In this document: positions 1 through 12,600 of the stretch, piece after piece
Numbering within the stretch: position 1 is the first letter of the stretch
Layout of the letters: each line of letters opens with the position of its first letter
Origin: Yuukianura sp. NJ FZ-2021
Lineage: Eukaryota
Direction of reading: 5' to 3'
Assembly: GCA_046563655.1 (NCBI GenBank)
Contig: JAJCTO010000013.1
Span: 124,001-188,000 of the forward strand
Length of the DNA: 64,000 nt
The notes under the pieces: generated by a model
What the model was told of the DNA's origin: nothing
Seen by the model: the letters and a program-made list of their open reading frames with translations, nothing else
The model's database searches: none
Made by a program: the position numbers and the translations under genes

Positions 1-463
1 ATTTCAGAAAAGTAAGTCATTTTTACCCGGCATCGTTCCGCACTTAGGTTTTTCGAATGTTTTGTTTTGAAACAAATTTTTATAAATAAAATTAACGAGA
101 CCAGGGACGACACAGCAATTGAAATTGGGTTCATGTAGCCTTTTTTATGAGGATTTCAATACTGTAGTTGACTTTTACCCAGTATTGTTCCGGAGCGCCG
201 CTTTCTTGAATTTGTTGTTTTGAAACATGAATTTTCATAAATAAAGGTAACAAGATGAGGGACGACACAGCAAGTGAAAGTGGGTTCCTGTAGCACTTTT
301 TATTAGGAATTCAGAAATGTAGTTGACTTTTACCCAGCATCGTTCAGGAATGCATTTCTTTTGAATTTTTTTGTTTTGAAACATGAATTTTCATAAATAA
401 AGGTAACAAGATGAGGGACGACACAGCAAGTGAAAGTAGATTCCTGTAGCACTTTTTATGAGG

Positions 464-699
464 ATTTCAAAAATGTAATTTACTTTACGTTCATTCTCAC
501 ATTTGCATGTTCATTCTTACAAATTTAATTCGTTTTGCGTCAAAATGGTGCTCGGCATTACCCTGGGTGCGGTATAAAAACCCCAGATAAAATTCGAGGC
601 GGAGCGATTAATCCCGACTTTTAAGTCCGCTCTATCCAGCTTTAATGGCGATCTATCCACACCAATTAAACTTGGGGTCCTGCAGTACTTTTCAGGAGG
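464..699. repeat. 236-bp monomer d of satellite A (first copy; one per unit): satellite-like ends with an unrelated core
   Basis: It starts like the other monomers (ATTTCAAAAATGTAATTTACTTT) and ends like them (CACACCAATTAAACTTGGGGTCCTGCAGTACTTTTCAGGAGG). The central ~170 bp has no visible match to a, b or c. Confidence 0.85.
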
Positions 700-3600
700 A
701 TTTCAGAAAAGTAAGTCATTTTTACCCGGCATCGTTCCGCACTTAGGTTTTTCGAATGTTTTGTTTTGAAACAAATTTTTATAAATAAAATTAACGAGAC
801 CAGGGACGACACAGCAATTGAAATTGGGTTCATGTAGCCTTTTTTATGAGGATTTCAATACTGTAGTTGACTTTTACCCAGTATTGTTCCGGAGCGCCGC
901 TTTCTTGAATTTGTTGTTTTGAAACATGAATTTTCATAAATAAAGGTAACAAGATGAGGGACGACACAGCAAGTGAAAGTGGGTTCCTGTAGCACTTTTT
1001 ATGAGGAATTCAGAAATGTAGTTGACTTTTACCCAGCATCGTTCCGGAATGCATTTCTTTTGAATTCTTTGTTTTGAAACATGAATTTTCATAAATAAAG
1101 GTAACAAGATGAGGGACGACACAGCAAGTGAAAGTAGATTCCTGTAGCACTTTTTATGAGGATTTCAAAAATGTAATTTACTTTACGTTCATTCTCACAT
1201 TTGCATGTTCATTCTTACAAATTTAATTCGTTTTGCGTCAAAATGGTGCTCGGCATTACCCTGGGTGCGGTATAAAAACCCCAGATAAAATTCGAGGCGG
1301 AGCGATTAATCCCGACTTTTAAGTCCGCTCTATCCAGCTTTAATGGCGATCTATCCACACCAATTAAACTTGGGGTCCTGCAGTACTTTTCAGGAGGATT
1401 TCAGAAAAGTAAGTCATTTTTACCCGGCATCGTTCCGCACTTAGGTTTTTCGAATGTTTTGTTTTGAAACAAATTTTTATAAATAAAATTAACGAGACCA
1501 GGGACGACACAGCAATTGAAATTGGGTTCATGTAGCCTTTTTTATGAGGATTTCAATACTGTAGTTGACTTTTACCCAGTATTGTTCCGGAGCGCCGCTT
1601 TCTTGAATTTGTTGTTTTGAAACATGAATTTTCATAAATAAAGGTAACAAGATGAGGGACGACACAGCAAGTGAAAGTGGGTTCCTGTAGCACTTTTTAT
1701 GAGGAATTCAGAAATGTAGTTGACTTTTACCCAGCATCGTTCAGGAATGCATTTCTTTTGAATTTTTTTGTTTTGAAACATGAATTTTCATAAATAAAGG
1801 TAACAAGATGAGGGACGACACAGCAAGTGAAAGTAGATTCCTGTAGCACTTTTTATGAGGATTTCAAAAATGTAATTTACTTTACGTTCATTCTCACATT
1901 TGCATGTTCATTCTTACAAATTTAATTCGTTTTGCGTCAAAATGGTGCTCGGCATTACCCTGGGTGCGGTATAAAAACCCCAGATAAAATTCGAGGCGGA
2001 GCGATTAATCCCGACTTTTAAGTCCGCTCTATCCAGCTTTAATGGCGATCTATCCACACCAATTAAACTTGGGGTCCTGCAGTACTTTTCAGGAGGATTT
2101 CAGAAAAGTAAGTCATTTTTACCCGGCATCGTTCCGCACTTAGGTTTTTCGAATGTTTTGTTTTGAAACAAATTTTTATAAATAAAATTAACGAGACCAG
2201 GGACGACACAGCAATTGAAATTGGGTTCATGTAGCCTTTTTTATGAGGATTTCAATACTGTAGTTGACTTTTACCCAGTATTGTTCCGGAGCGCCGCTTT
2301 CTTGAATTTGTTGTTTTGAAACATGAATTTTCATAAATAAAGGTAACAAGATGAGGGACGACACAGCAAGTGAAAGTGGGTTCCTGTAGCACTTTTTATG
2401 AGGAATTCAGAAATGTAGTTGACTTTTACCCAGCATCGTTCCGGAATGCATTTCTTTTGAATTCTTTGTTTTGAAACATGAATTTTCATAAATAAAGGTA
2501 ACAAGATGAGGGACGACACAGCAAGTGAAAGTAGATTCCTGTAGCACTTTTTATGAGGATTTCAAAAATGTAATTTACTTTACGTTCATTCTCACATTTG
2601 CATGTTCATTCTTACAAATTTAATTCGTTTTGCGTCAAAATGGTGCTCGGCATTACCCTGGGTGCGGTATAAAAACCCCAGATAAAATTCGAGGCGGAGC
2701 GATTAATCCCGACTTTTAAGTCCGCTCTATCCAGCTTTAATGGCGATCTATCCACACCAATTAAACTTGGGGTCCTGCAGTACTTTTCAGGAGGATTTCA
2801 GAAAAGTAAGTCATTTTTACCCGGCATCGTTCCGCACTTAGGTTTTTCGAATGTTTTGTTTTGAAACAAATTTTTATAAATAAAATTAACGAGACCAGGG
2901 ACGACACAGCAATTGAAATTGGGTTCATGTAGCCTTTTTTATGAGGATTTCAATACTGTAGTTGACTTTTACCCAGTATTGTTCCGGAGCGCCGCTTTCT
3001 TGAATTTGTTGTTTTGAAACATGAATTTTCATAAATAAAGGTAACAAGATGAGGGACGACACAGCAAGTGAAAGTGGGTTCCTGTAGCACTTTTTATGAG
3101 GAATTCAGAAATGTAGTTGACTTTTACCCAGCATCGTTCAGGAATGCATTTCTTTTGAATTCTTTGTTTTGAAACATGAATTTTCATAAATAAAGGTAAC
3201 AAGATGAGGGACGACACAGCAAGTGAAAGTAGATTCCTGTAGCACTTTTTATGAGGATTTCAAAAATGTAATTTCTTTTACGTTCATTCTCACATTTGCA
3301 TGTTCATTCTTACAAATTTAATTCGTTTTGCGTCAAAATGGTGCTCGGCATTACCCTGGGTGCGGTATAAAAACCCCAGATAAAATTCGAGGCGGAGCGA
3401 TTAATCCCGACTTTTAAGTCCGCTCTATCCAGCTTTAATGGCGATCTATCCACACCAATTAAACTTGGGGTCCTGCAGTACTTTTCAGGAGGATTTCAGA
3501 AAAGTAAGTCATTTTTACCCGGCATCGTTCCGCACTTAGGTTTTTCGAATGTTTTGTTTTGAAACAAATTTTTATAAATAAAATTAACGAGACCAGGGAC

Positions 3601-6600
3601 GACACAGCAATTGAAATTGGGTTCATGTAGCCTTTTTTATGAGGATTTCAATACTGTAGTTGACTTTTACCCAGTATTGTTCCGGAGCGCCGCTTTCTTG
3701 AATTTGTTGTTTTGAAACATGAATTTTCATAAATAAAGGTAACAAGATGAGGGACGACACAGCAAGTGAAAGTGGGTTCCTGTAGCACTTTTTATGAGGA
3801 ATTCAGAAATGTAGTTGACTTTTACCCAGCATCGTTCCGGAATGCATTTCTTTTGAATTCTTTGTTTTGAAACATGAATTTTCATAAATAAAGGTAACAA
3901 GATGAGGGACGACACAGCAAGTGAAAGTAGATTCCTGTAGCACTTTTTATGAGGATTTCAAAAATGTAATTTACTTTACGTTCATTCTCACATTTGCATG
4001 TTCATTCTTACAAATTTAATTCGTTTTGCGTCAAAATGGTGCTCGGCATTACCCTGGGTGCGGTATAAAAACCCCAGATAAAATTCGAGGCGGAGCGATT
4101 AATCCCGACTTTTAAGTCCGCTCTATCCAGCTTTAATGGCGATCTATCCACACCAATTAAACTTGGGGTCCTGCAGTACTTTTCAGGAGGATTTCAGAAA
4201 AGTAAGTCATTTTTACCCGGCATCGTTCCGCACTTAGGTTTTTCGAATGTTTTGTTTTGAAACAAATTTTTATAAATAAAATTAACGAGACCAGGGACGA
4301 CACAGCAATTGAAATTGGGTTCATGTAGCCTTTTTTATGAGGATTTCAATACTGTAGTTGACTTTTACCCAGTATTGTTCCGGAGCGCCGCTTTCTTGAA
4401 TTTGTTGTTTTGAAACATGAATTTTCATAAATAAAGGTAACAAGATGAGGGACGACACAGCAAGTGAAAGTGGGTTCCTGTAGCACTTTTTATGAGGAAT
4501 TCAGAAATGTAGTTGACTTTTACCCAGCATCGTTCAGGAATGCATTTCTTTTGAATTTTTTGTTTTGAAACATGAATTTTCATAAATAAAGGTAACAAGA
4601 TGAGGGACGACACAGCAAGTGAAAGTAGATTCCTGTAGCACTTTTTATGAGGATTTCAAAAATGTAATTTACTTTACGTTCATTCTCACATTTGCATGTT
4701 CATTCTTACAAATTTAATTCGTTTTGCGTCAAAATGGTGCTCGGCATTACCCTGGGTGCGGTATAAAAACCCCAGATAAAATTCGAGGCGGAGCGATTAA
4801 TCCCGACTTTTAAGTCCGCTCTATCCAGCTTTAATGGCGATCTATCCACACCAATTAAACTTGGGGTCCTGCAGTACTTTTCAGGAGGATTTCAGAAAAG
4901 TAAGTCATTTTTACCCGGCATCGTTCCGCACTTAGGTTTTTCGAATGTTTTGTTTTGAAACAAATTTTTATAAATAAAATTAACGAGACCAGGGACGACA
5001 CAGCAATTGAAATTGGGTTCATGTAGCCTTTTTTATGAGGATTTCAATACTGTAGTTGACTTTTACCCAGTATTGTTCCGGAGCGCCGCTTTCTTGAATT
5101 TGTTGTTTTGAAACATGAATTTTCATAAATAAAGGTAACAAGATGAGGGACGACACAGCAAGTGAAAGTGGGTTCCTGTAGCACTTTTTATGAGGAATTC
5201 AGAAATGTAGTTGACTTTTACCCAGCATCGTTCCGGAATGCATTTCTTTTGAATTCTTTGTTTTGAAACATGAATTTTCATAAATAAAGGTAACAAGATG
5301 AGGGACGACACAGCAAGTGAAAGTAGATTCCTGTAGCACTTTTTATGAGGATTTCAAAAATGTAATTTACTTTACGTTCATTCTCACATTTGCATGTTCA
5401 TTCTTACAAATTTAATTCGTTTTGCGTCAAAATGGTGCTCGGCATTACCCTGGGTGCGGTATAAAAACCCCAGATAAAATTCGAGGCGGAGCGATTAATC
5501 CCGACTTTTAAGTCCGCTCTATCCAGCTTTAATGGCGATCTATCCACACCAATTAAACTTGGGGTCCTGCAGTACTTTTCAGGAGGATTTCAGAAAAGTA
5601 AGTCATTTTTACCCGGCATCGTTCCGCACTTAGGTTTTTCGAATGTTTTGTTTTGAAACAAATTTTTATAAATAAAATTAACGAGACCAGGGACGACACA
5701 GCAATTGAAATTGGGTTCATGTAGCCTTTTTTATGAGGATTTCAATACTGTAGTTGACTTTTACCCAGTATTGTTCCGGAGCGCCGCTTTCTTGAATTTG
5801 TTGTTTTGAAACATGAATTTTCATAAATAAAGGTAACAAGATGAGGGACGACACAGCAAGTGAAAGTGGGTTCCTGTAGCACTTTTTATGAGGAATTCAG
5901 AAATGTAGTTGACTTTTACCCAGCATCGTTCAGGAATGCATTTCTTTTGAATTTTTTTGTTTTGAAACATGAATTTTCATAAATAAAGGTAACAAGATGA
6001 GGGACGACACAGCAAGTGAAAGTAGATTCCTGTAGCACTTTTTATGAGGATTTCAAAAATGTAATTTACTTTACGTTCATTCTCACATTTGCATGTTCAT
6101 TCTTACAAATTTAATTCGTTTTGCGTCAAAATGGTGCTCGGCATTACCCTGGGTGCGGTATAAAAACCCCAGATAAAATTCGAGGCGGAGCGATTAATCC
6201 CGACTTTTAAGTCCGCTCTATCCAGCTTTAATGGCGATCTATCCACACCAATTAAACTTGGGGTCCTGCAGTACTTTTCAGGAGGATTTCAGAAAAGTAA
6301 GTCATTTTTACCCGGCATCGTTCCGCACTTAGGTTTTTCGAATGTTTTGTTTTGAAACAAATTTTTATAAATAAAATTAACGAGACCAGGGACGACACAG
6401 CAATTGAAATTGGGTTCATGTAGCCTTTTTTATGAGGATTTCAATACTGTAGTTGACTTTTACCCAGTATTGTTCCGGAGCGCCGCTTTCTTGAATTTGT
6501 TGTTTTGAAACATGAATTTTCATAAATAAAGGTAACAAGATGAGGGACGACACAGCAAGTGAAAGTGGGTTCCTGTAGCACTTTTTATGAGGAATTCAGA

Positions 6601-9600
6601 AATGTAGTTGACTTTTACCCAGCATCGTTCCGGAATGCATTTCTTTTGAATTCTTTGTTTTGAAACATGAATTTTCATAAATAAAGGTAACAAGATGAGG
6701 GACGACACAGCAAGTGAAAGTAGATTCCTGTAGCACTTTTTATGAGGATTTCAAAAATGTAATTTACTTTACGTTCATTCTCACATTTGCATGTTCATTC
6801 TTACAAATTTAATTCGTTTTGCGTCAAAATGGTGCTCGGCATTACCCTGGGTGCGGTATAAAAACCCCAGATAAAATTCGAGGCGGAGCGATTAATCCCG
6901 ACTTTTAAGTCCGCTCTATCCAGCTTTAATGGCGATCTATCCACACCAATTAAACTTGGGGTCCTGCAGTACTTTTCAGGAGGATTTCAGAAAAGTAAGT
7001 CATTTTTACCCGGCATCGTTCCGCACTTAGGTTTTTCGAATGTTTTGTTTTGAAACAAATTTTTATAAATAAAATTAACGAGACCAGGGACGACACAGCA
7101 ATTGAAATTGGGTTCATGTAGCCTTTTTTATGAGGATTTCAATACTGTAGTTGACTTTTACCCAGTATTGTTCCGGAGCGCCGCTTTCTTGAATTTGTTG
7201 TTTTGAAACATGAATTTTCATAAATAAAGGTAACAAGATGAGGGACGACACAGCAAGTGAAAGTGGGTTCCTGTAGCACTTTTTATGAGGAATTCAGAAA
7301 TGTAGTTGACTTTTACCCAGCATCGTTCCGGAATGCATTTCTTTTGAATTTTTTGTTTTGAAACATGAATTTTCATAAATAAAGGTAACAAGATGAGGGA
7401 CGACACAGCAAGTGAAAGTAGATTCCTGTAGCACTTTTTATGAGGATTTCAAAAATGTAATTTACTTTACGTTCATTCTCACATTTGCATGTTCATTCTT
7501 ACAAATTTAATTCGTTTTGCGTCAAAATGGTGCTCGGCATTACCCTGGGTGCGGTATAAAAACCCCAGATAAAATTCGAGGCGGAGCGATTAATCCCGAC
7601 TTTTAAGTCCGCTCTATCCAGCTTTAATGGCGATCTATCCACACCAATTAAACTTGGGGTCCTGCAGTACTTTTCAGGAGGATTTCAGAAAAGTAAGTCA
7701 TTTTTACCCGGCATCGTTCCGCACTTAGGTTTTTCGAATGTTTTGTTTTGAAACAAATTTTTATAAATAAAATTAACGAGACCAGGGACGACACAGCAAT
7801 TGAAATTGGGTTCATGTAGCCTTTTTTATGAGGATTTCAATACTGTAGTTGACTTTTACCCAGTATTGTTCCGGAGCGCCGCTTTCTTGAATTTGTTGTT
7901 TTGAAACATGAATTTTCATAAATAAAGGTAACAAGATGAGGGACGACACAGCAAGTGAAAGTGGGTTCCTGTAGCACTTTTTATGAGGAATTCAGAAATG
8001 TAGTTGACTTTTACCCAGCATCGTTCCGGAATGCATTTCTTTTGAATTCTTTGTTTTGAAACATGAATTTTCATAAATAAAGGTAACAAGATGAGGGACG
8101 ACACAGCAAGTGAAAGTAGATTCCTGTAGCACTTTTTATGAGGATTTCAAAAATGTAATTTACTTTACGTTCATTCTCACATTTGCATGTTCATTCTTAC
8201 AAATTTAATTCGTTTTGCGTCAAAATGGTGCTCGGCATTACCCTGGGTGCGGTATAAAAACCCCAGATAAAATTCGAGGCGGAGCGATTAATCCCGACTT
8301 TTAAGTCCGCTCTATCCAGCTTTAATGGCGATCTATCCACACCAATTAAACTTGGGGTCCTGCAGTACTTTTCAGGAGGATTTCAGAAAAGTAAGTCATT
8401 TTTACCCGGCATCGTTCCGCACTTAGGTTTTTCGAATGTTTTGTTTTGAAACAAATTTTTATAAATAAAATTAACGAGACCAGGGACGACACAGCAATTG
8501 AAATTGGGTTCATGTAGCCTTTTTTATGAGGATTTCAATACTGTAGTTGACTTTTACCCAGTATTGTTCCGGAGCGCCGCTTTCTTGAATTTGTTGTTTT
8601 GAAACATGAATTTTCATAAATAAAGGTAACAAGATGAGGGACGACACAGCAAGTGAAAGTGGGTTCCTGTAGCACTTTTTATGAGGAATTCAGAAATGTA
8701 GTTGACTTTTACCCAGCATCGTTCCGGAATGCATTTCTTTTGAATTTTTTGTTTTGAAACATGAATTTTCATAAATAAAGGTAACAAGATGAGGGACGAC
8801 ACAGCAAGTGAAAGTAGATTCCTGTAGCACTTTTTATGAGGATTTCAAAAATGTAATTTACTTTACGTTCATTCTCACATTTGCATGTTCATTCTTACAA
8901 ATTTAATTCGTTTTGCGTCAAAATGGTGCTCGGCATTACCCTGGGTGCGGTATAAAAACCCCAGATAAAATTCGAGGCGGAGCGATTAATCCCGACTTTT
9001 AAGTCCGCTCTATCCAGCTTTAATGGCGATCTATCCACACCAATTAAACTTGGGGTCCTGCAGTACTTTTCAGGAGGATTTCAGAAAAGTAAGTCATTTT
9101 TACCCGGCATCGTTCCGCACTTAGGTTTTTCGAATGTTTTGTTTTGAAACAAATTTTTATAAATAAAATTAACGAGACCAGGGACGACACAGCAATTGAA
9201 ATTGGGTTCATGTAGCCTTTTTTATGAGGATTTCAATACTGTAGTTGACTTTTACCCAGTATTGTTCCGGAGCGCCGCTTTCTTGAATTTGTTGTTTTGA
9301 AACATGAATTTTCATAAATAAAGGTAACAAGATGAGGGACGACACAGCAAGTGAAAGTGGGTTCCTGTAGCACTTTTTATGAGGAATTCAGAAATGTAGT
9401 TGACTTTTACCCAGCATCGTTCCGGAATGCATTTCTTTTGAATTTTTTGTTTTGAAACATGAATTTTCATAAATAAAGGTAACAAGATGAGGGACGACAC
9501 AGCAAGTGAAAGTAGATTCCTGTAGCACTTTTTATGAGGATTTCAAAAATGTAATTTACTTTACGTTCATTCTCACATTTGCATGTTCATTCTTACAAAT

Positions 9601-12600
9601 TTAATTCGTTTTGCGTCAAAATGGTGCTCGGCATTACCCTGGGTGCGGTATAAAAACCCCAGATAAAATTCGAGGCGGAGCGATTAATCCCGACTTTTAA
9701 GTCCGCTCTATCCAGCTTTAATGGCGATCTATCCACACCAATTAAACTTGGGGTCCTGCAGTACTTTTCAGGAGGATTTCAGAAAAGTAAGTCATTTTTA
9801 CCCGGCATCGTTCCGCACTTAGGTTTTTCGAATGTTTTGTTTTGAAACAAATTTTTATAAATAAAATTAACGAGACCAGGGACGACACAGCAATTGAAAT
9901 TGGGTTCATGTAGCCTTTTTTATGAGGATTTCAATACTGTAGTTGACTTTTACCCAGTATTGTTCCGGAGCGCCACTTTCTTGAATTTGTTGTTTTGAAA
10001 CATGAATTTTCATAAATAAAGGTAACAAGATGAGGGACGACACAGCAAGTGAAAGTGGGTTCCTGTAGCACTTTTTATGAGGAATTCAGAAATGTAGTTG
10101 ACTTTTACCCAGCATCGTTCCGGAATGCATTTCTTTTGAATTTTTTGTTTTGAAACATGAATTTTCATAAATAAAGGTAACAAGATGAGGGACGACACAG
10201 CAAGTGAAAGTAGATTCCTGTAGCACTTTTTATGAGGATTTCAAAAATGTAATTTACTTTACGTTCATTCTCACATTTGCATGTTCATTCTTACAAATTT
10301 AATTCGTTTTGCGTCAAAATGGTGCTCGGCATTACCCTGGGTGCGGTATAAAAACCCCAGATAAAATTCGAGGCGGAGCGATTAATCCCGACTTTTAAGT
10401 CCGCTCTATCCAGCTTTAATGGCGATCTATCCACACCAATTAAACTTGGGGTCCTGCAGTACTTTTCAGGAGGATTTCAGAAAAGTAAGTCATTTTTACC
10501 CGGCATCGTTCCGCACTTAGGTTTTTCGAATGTTTTGTTTTGAAACAAATTTTTATAAATAAAATTAACGAGACCAGGGACGACACAGCAATTGAAATTG
10601 GGTTCATGTAGCCTTTTTTATGAGGATTTCAATACTGTAGTTGACTTTTACCCAGTATTGTTCCGGAGCGCCACTTTCTTGAATTTGTTGTTTTGAAACA
10701 TGAATTTTCATCAATAAAGGTAACAAGATGAAAGACGACACAGCAAGTGAAAGTGGGTTCCAGTAGCACTTTTTATGAGGAATTCAGAAATGTAGTTGAC
10801 TTTTACCCAGCATCGTTCCGGAATGCATTTCTTTTGAATTTTTTGTTTTGAAACATGAATTTTCATAAATAAAGGTAACAAGATGAGGGACGACACAGCA
10901 AGTGAAAGTAGATTCCTGTAGCACTTTTTATGAGGATTTCAAAAATGTAATTTACTTTACGTTCATTCTCACATTTGCATGTTCATTCTTACAAATTTAA
11001 TTCGTTTTGCGTCAAAATGGTGCTCGGCATTACCCTGGGTGCGGTATAAAAACCCCAGATAAAATTCGAGGCGGAGCGATTAATCCCGACTTTTAAGTCC
11101 GCTCTATCCAGCTTTAATGGCGATCTATCCACACCAATTAAACTTGGGGTCCTGCAGTACTTTTCAGGAGGATTTCAGAAAAGTAAGTCATTTTTACCCG
11201 GCATCGTTCCGCACTTAGGTTTTTCGAATGTTTTGTTTTGAAACAAATTTTTATAAATAAAATTAACGAGACCAGGGACGACACAGCAATTGAAATTGGG
11301 TTCATGTAGCCTTTTTTATGAGGATTTCAATACTGTAGTTGACTTTTACCCAGTATTGTTCCGGAGCGCCGCTTTCTTGAATTTGTTGTTTTGAAACATG
11401 AATTTTCATAAATAAAGGTAACAAGATGAGGGACGACACAGCAAGTGAAAGTGGGTTCCTGTAGCACTTTTTATGAGGAATTCAGAAATGTAGTTGACTT
11501 TTACCCAGCATCGTTCCGGAATGCATTTCTTTTGAATTCTTTGTTTTGAAACATGAATTTTCATAAATAAAGGTAACAAGATGAGGGACGACACAGCAAG
11601 TGAAAGTAGATTCCTGTAGCACTTTTTATGAGGATTTCAAAAATGTAATTTACTTTACGTTCATTCTCACATTTGCATGTTCATTCTTACAAATTTAATT
11701 CGTTTTGCGTCAAAATGGTGCTCGGCATTACCCTGGGTGCGGTATAAAAACCCCAGATAAAATTCGAGGCGGAGCGATTAATCCCGACTTTTAAGTCCGC
11801 TCTATCCAGCTTTAATGGCGATCTATCCACACCAATTAAACTTGGGGTCCTGCAGTACTTTTCAGGAGGATTTCAGAAAAGTAAGTCATTTTTACCCGGC
11901 ATCGTTCCGCACTTAGGTTTTTCGAATGTTTTGTTTTGAAACAAATTTTTATAAATAAAATTAACGAGACCAGGGACGACACAGCAATTGAAATTGGGTT
12001 CATGTAGCCTTTTTTATGAGGATTTCAATACTGTAGTTGACTTTTACCCAGTATTGTTCCGGAGCGCCGCTTTCTTGAATTTGTTGTTTTGAAACATGAA
12101 TTTTCATAAATAAAGGTAACAAGATGAGGGACGACACAGCAAGTGAAAGTGGGTTCCTGTAGCACTTTTTATGAGGAATTCAGAAATGTAGTTGACTTTT
12201 ACCCAGCATCGTTCCGGAATGCATTTCTTTTGAATTTTTTGTTTTGAAACATGAATTTTCATAAATAAAGGTAACAAGATGAGGGACGACACAGCAAGTG
12301 AAAGTAGATTCCTGTAGCACTTTTTATGAGGATTTCAAAAATGTAATTTACTTTACGTTCATTCTCACATTTGCATGTTCATTCTTACAAATTTAATTCG
12401 TTTTGCGTCAAAATGGTGCTCGGCATTACCCTGGGTGCGGTATAAAAACCCCAGATAAAATTCGAGGCGGAGCGATTAATCCCGACTTTTAAGTCCGCTC
12501 TATCCAGCTTTAATGGCGATCTATCCACACCAATTAAACTTGGGGTCCTGCAGTACTTTTCAGGAGGATTTCAGAAAAGTAAGTCATTTTTACCCGGCAT

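Noticed and set aside
250..290. Hammerhead ribozyme in satellite A (GATGAG...GAAA) or in the SINE
   Set aside because: The CUGANGA core is not present (AAGATGA here, CTGATTT in the SINE) and the required stems and cleavage triplet could not be built.
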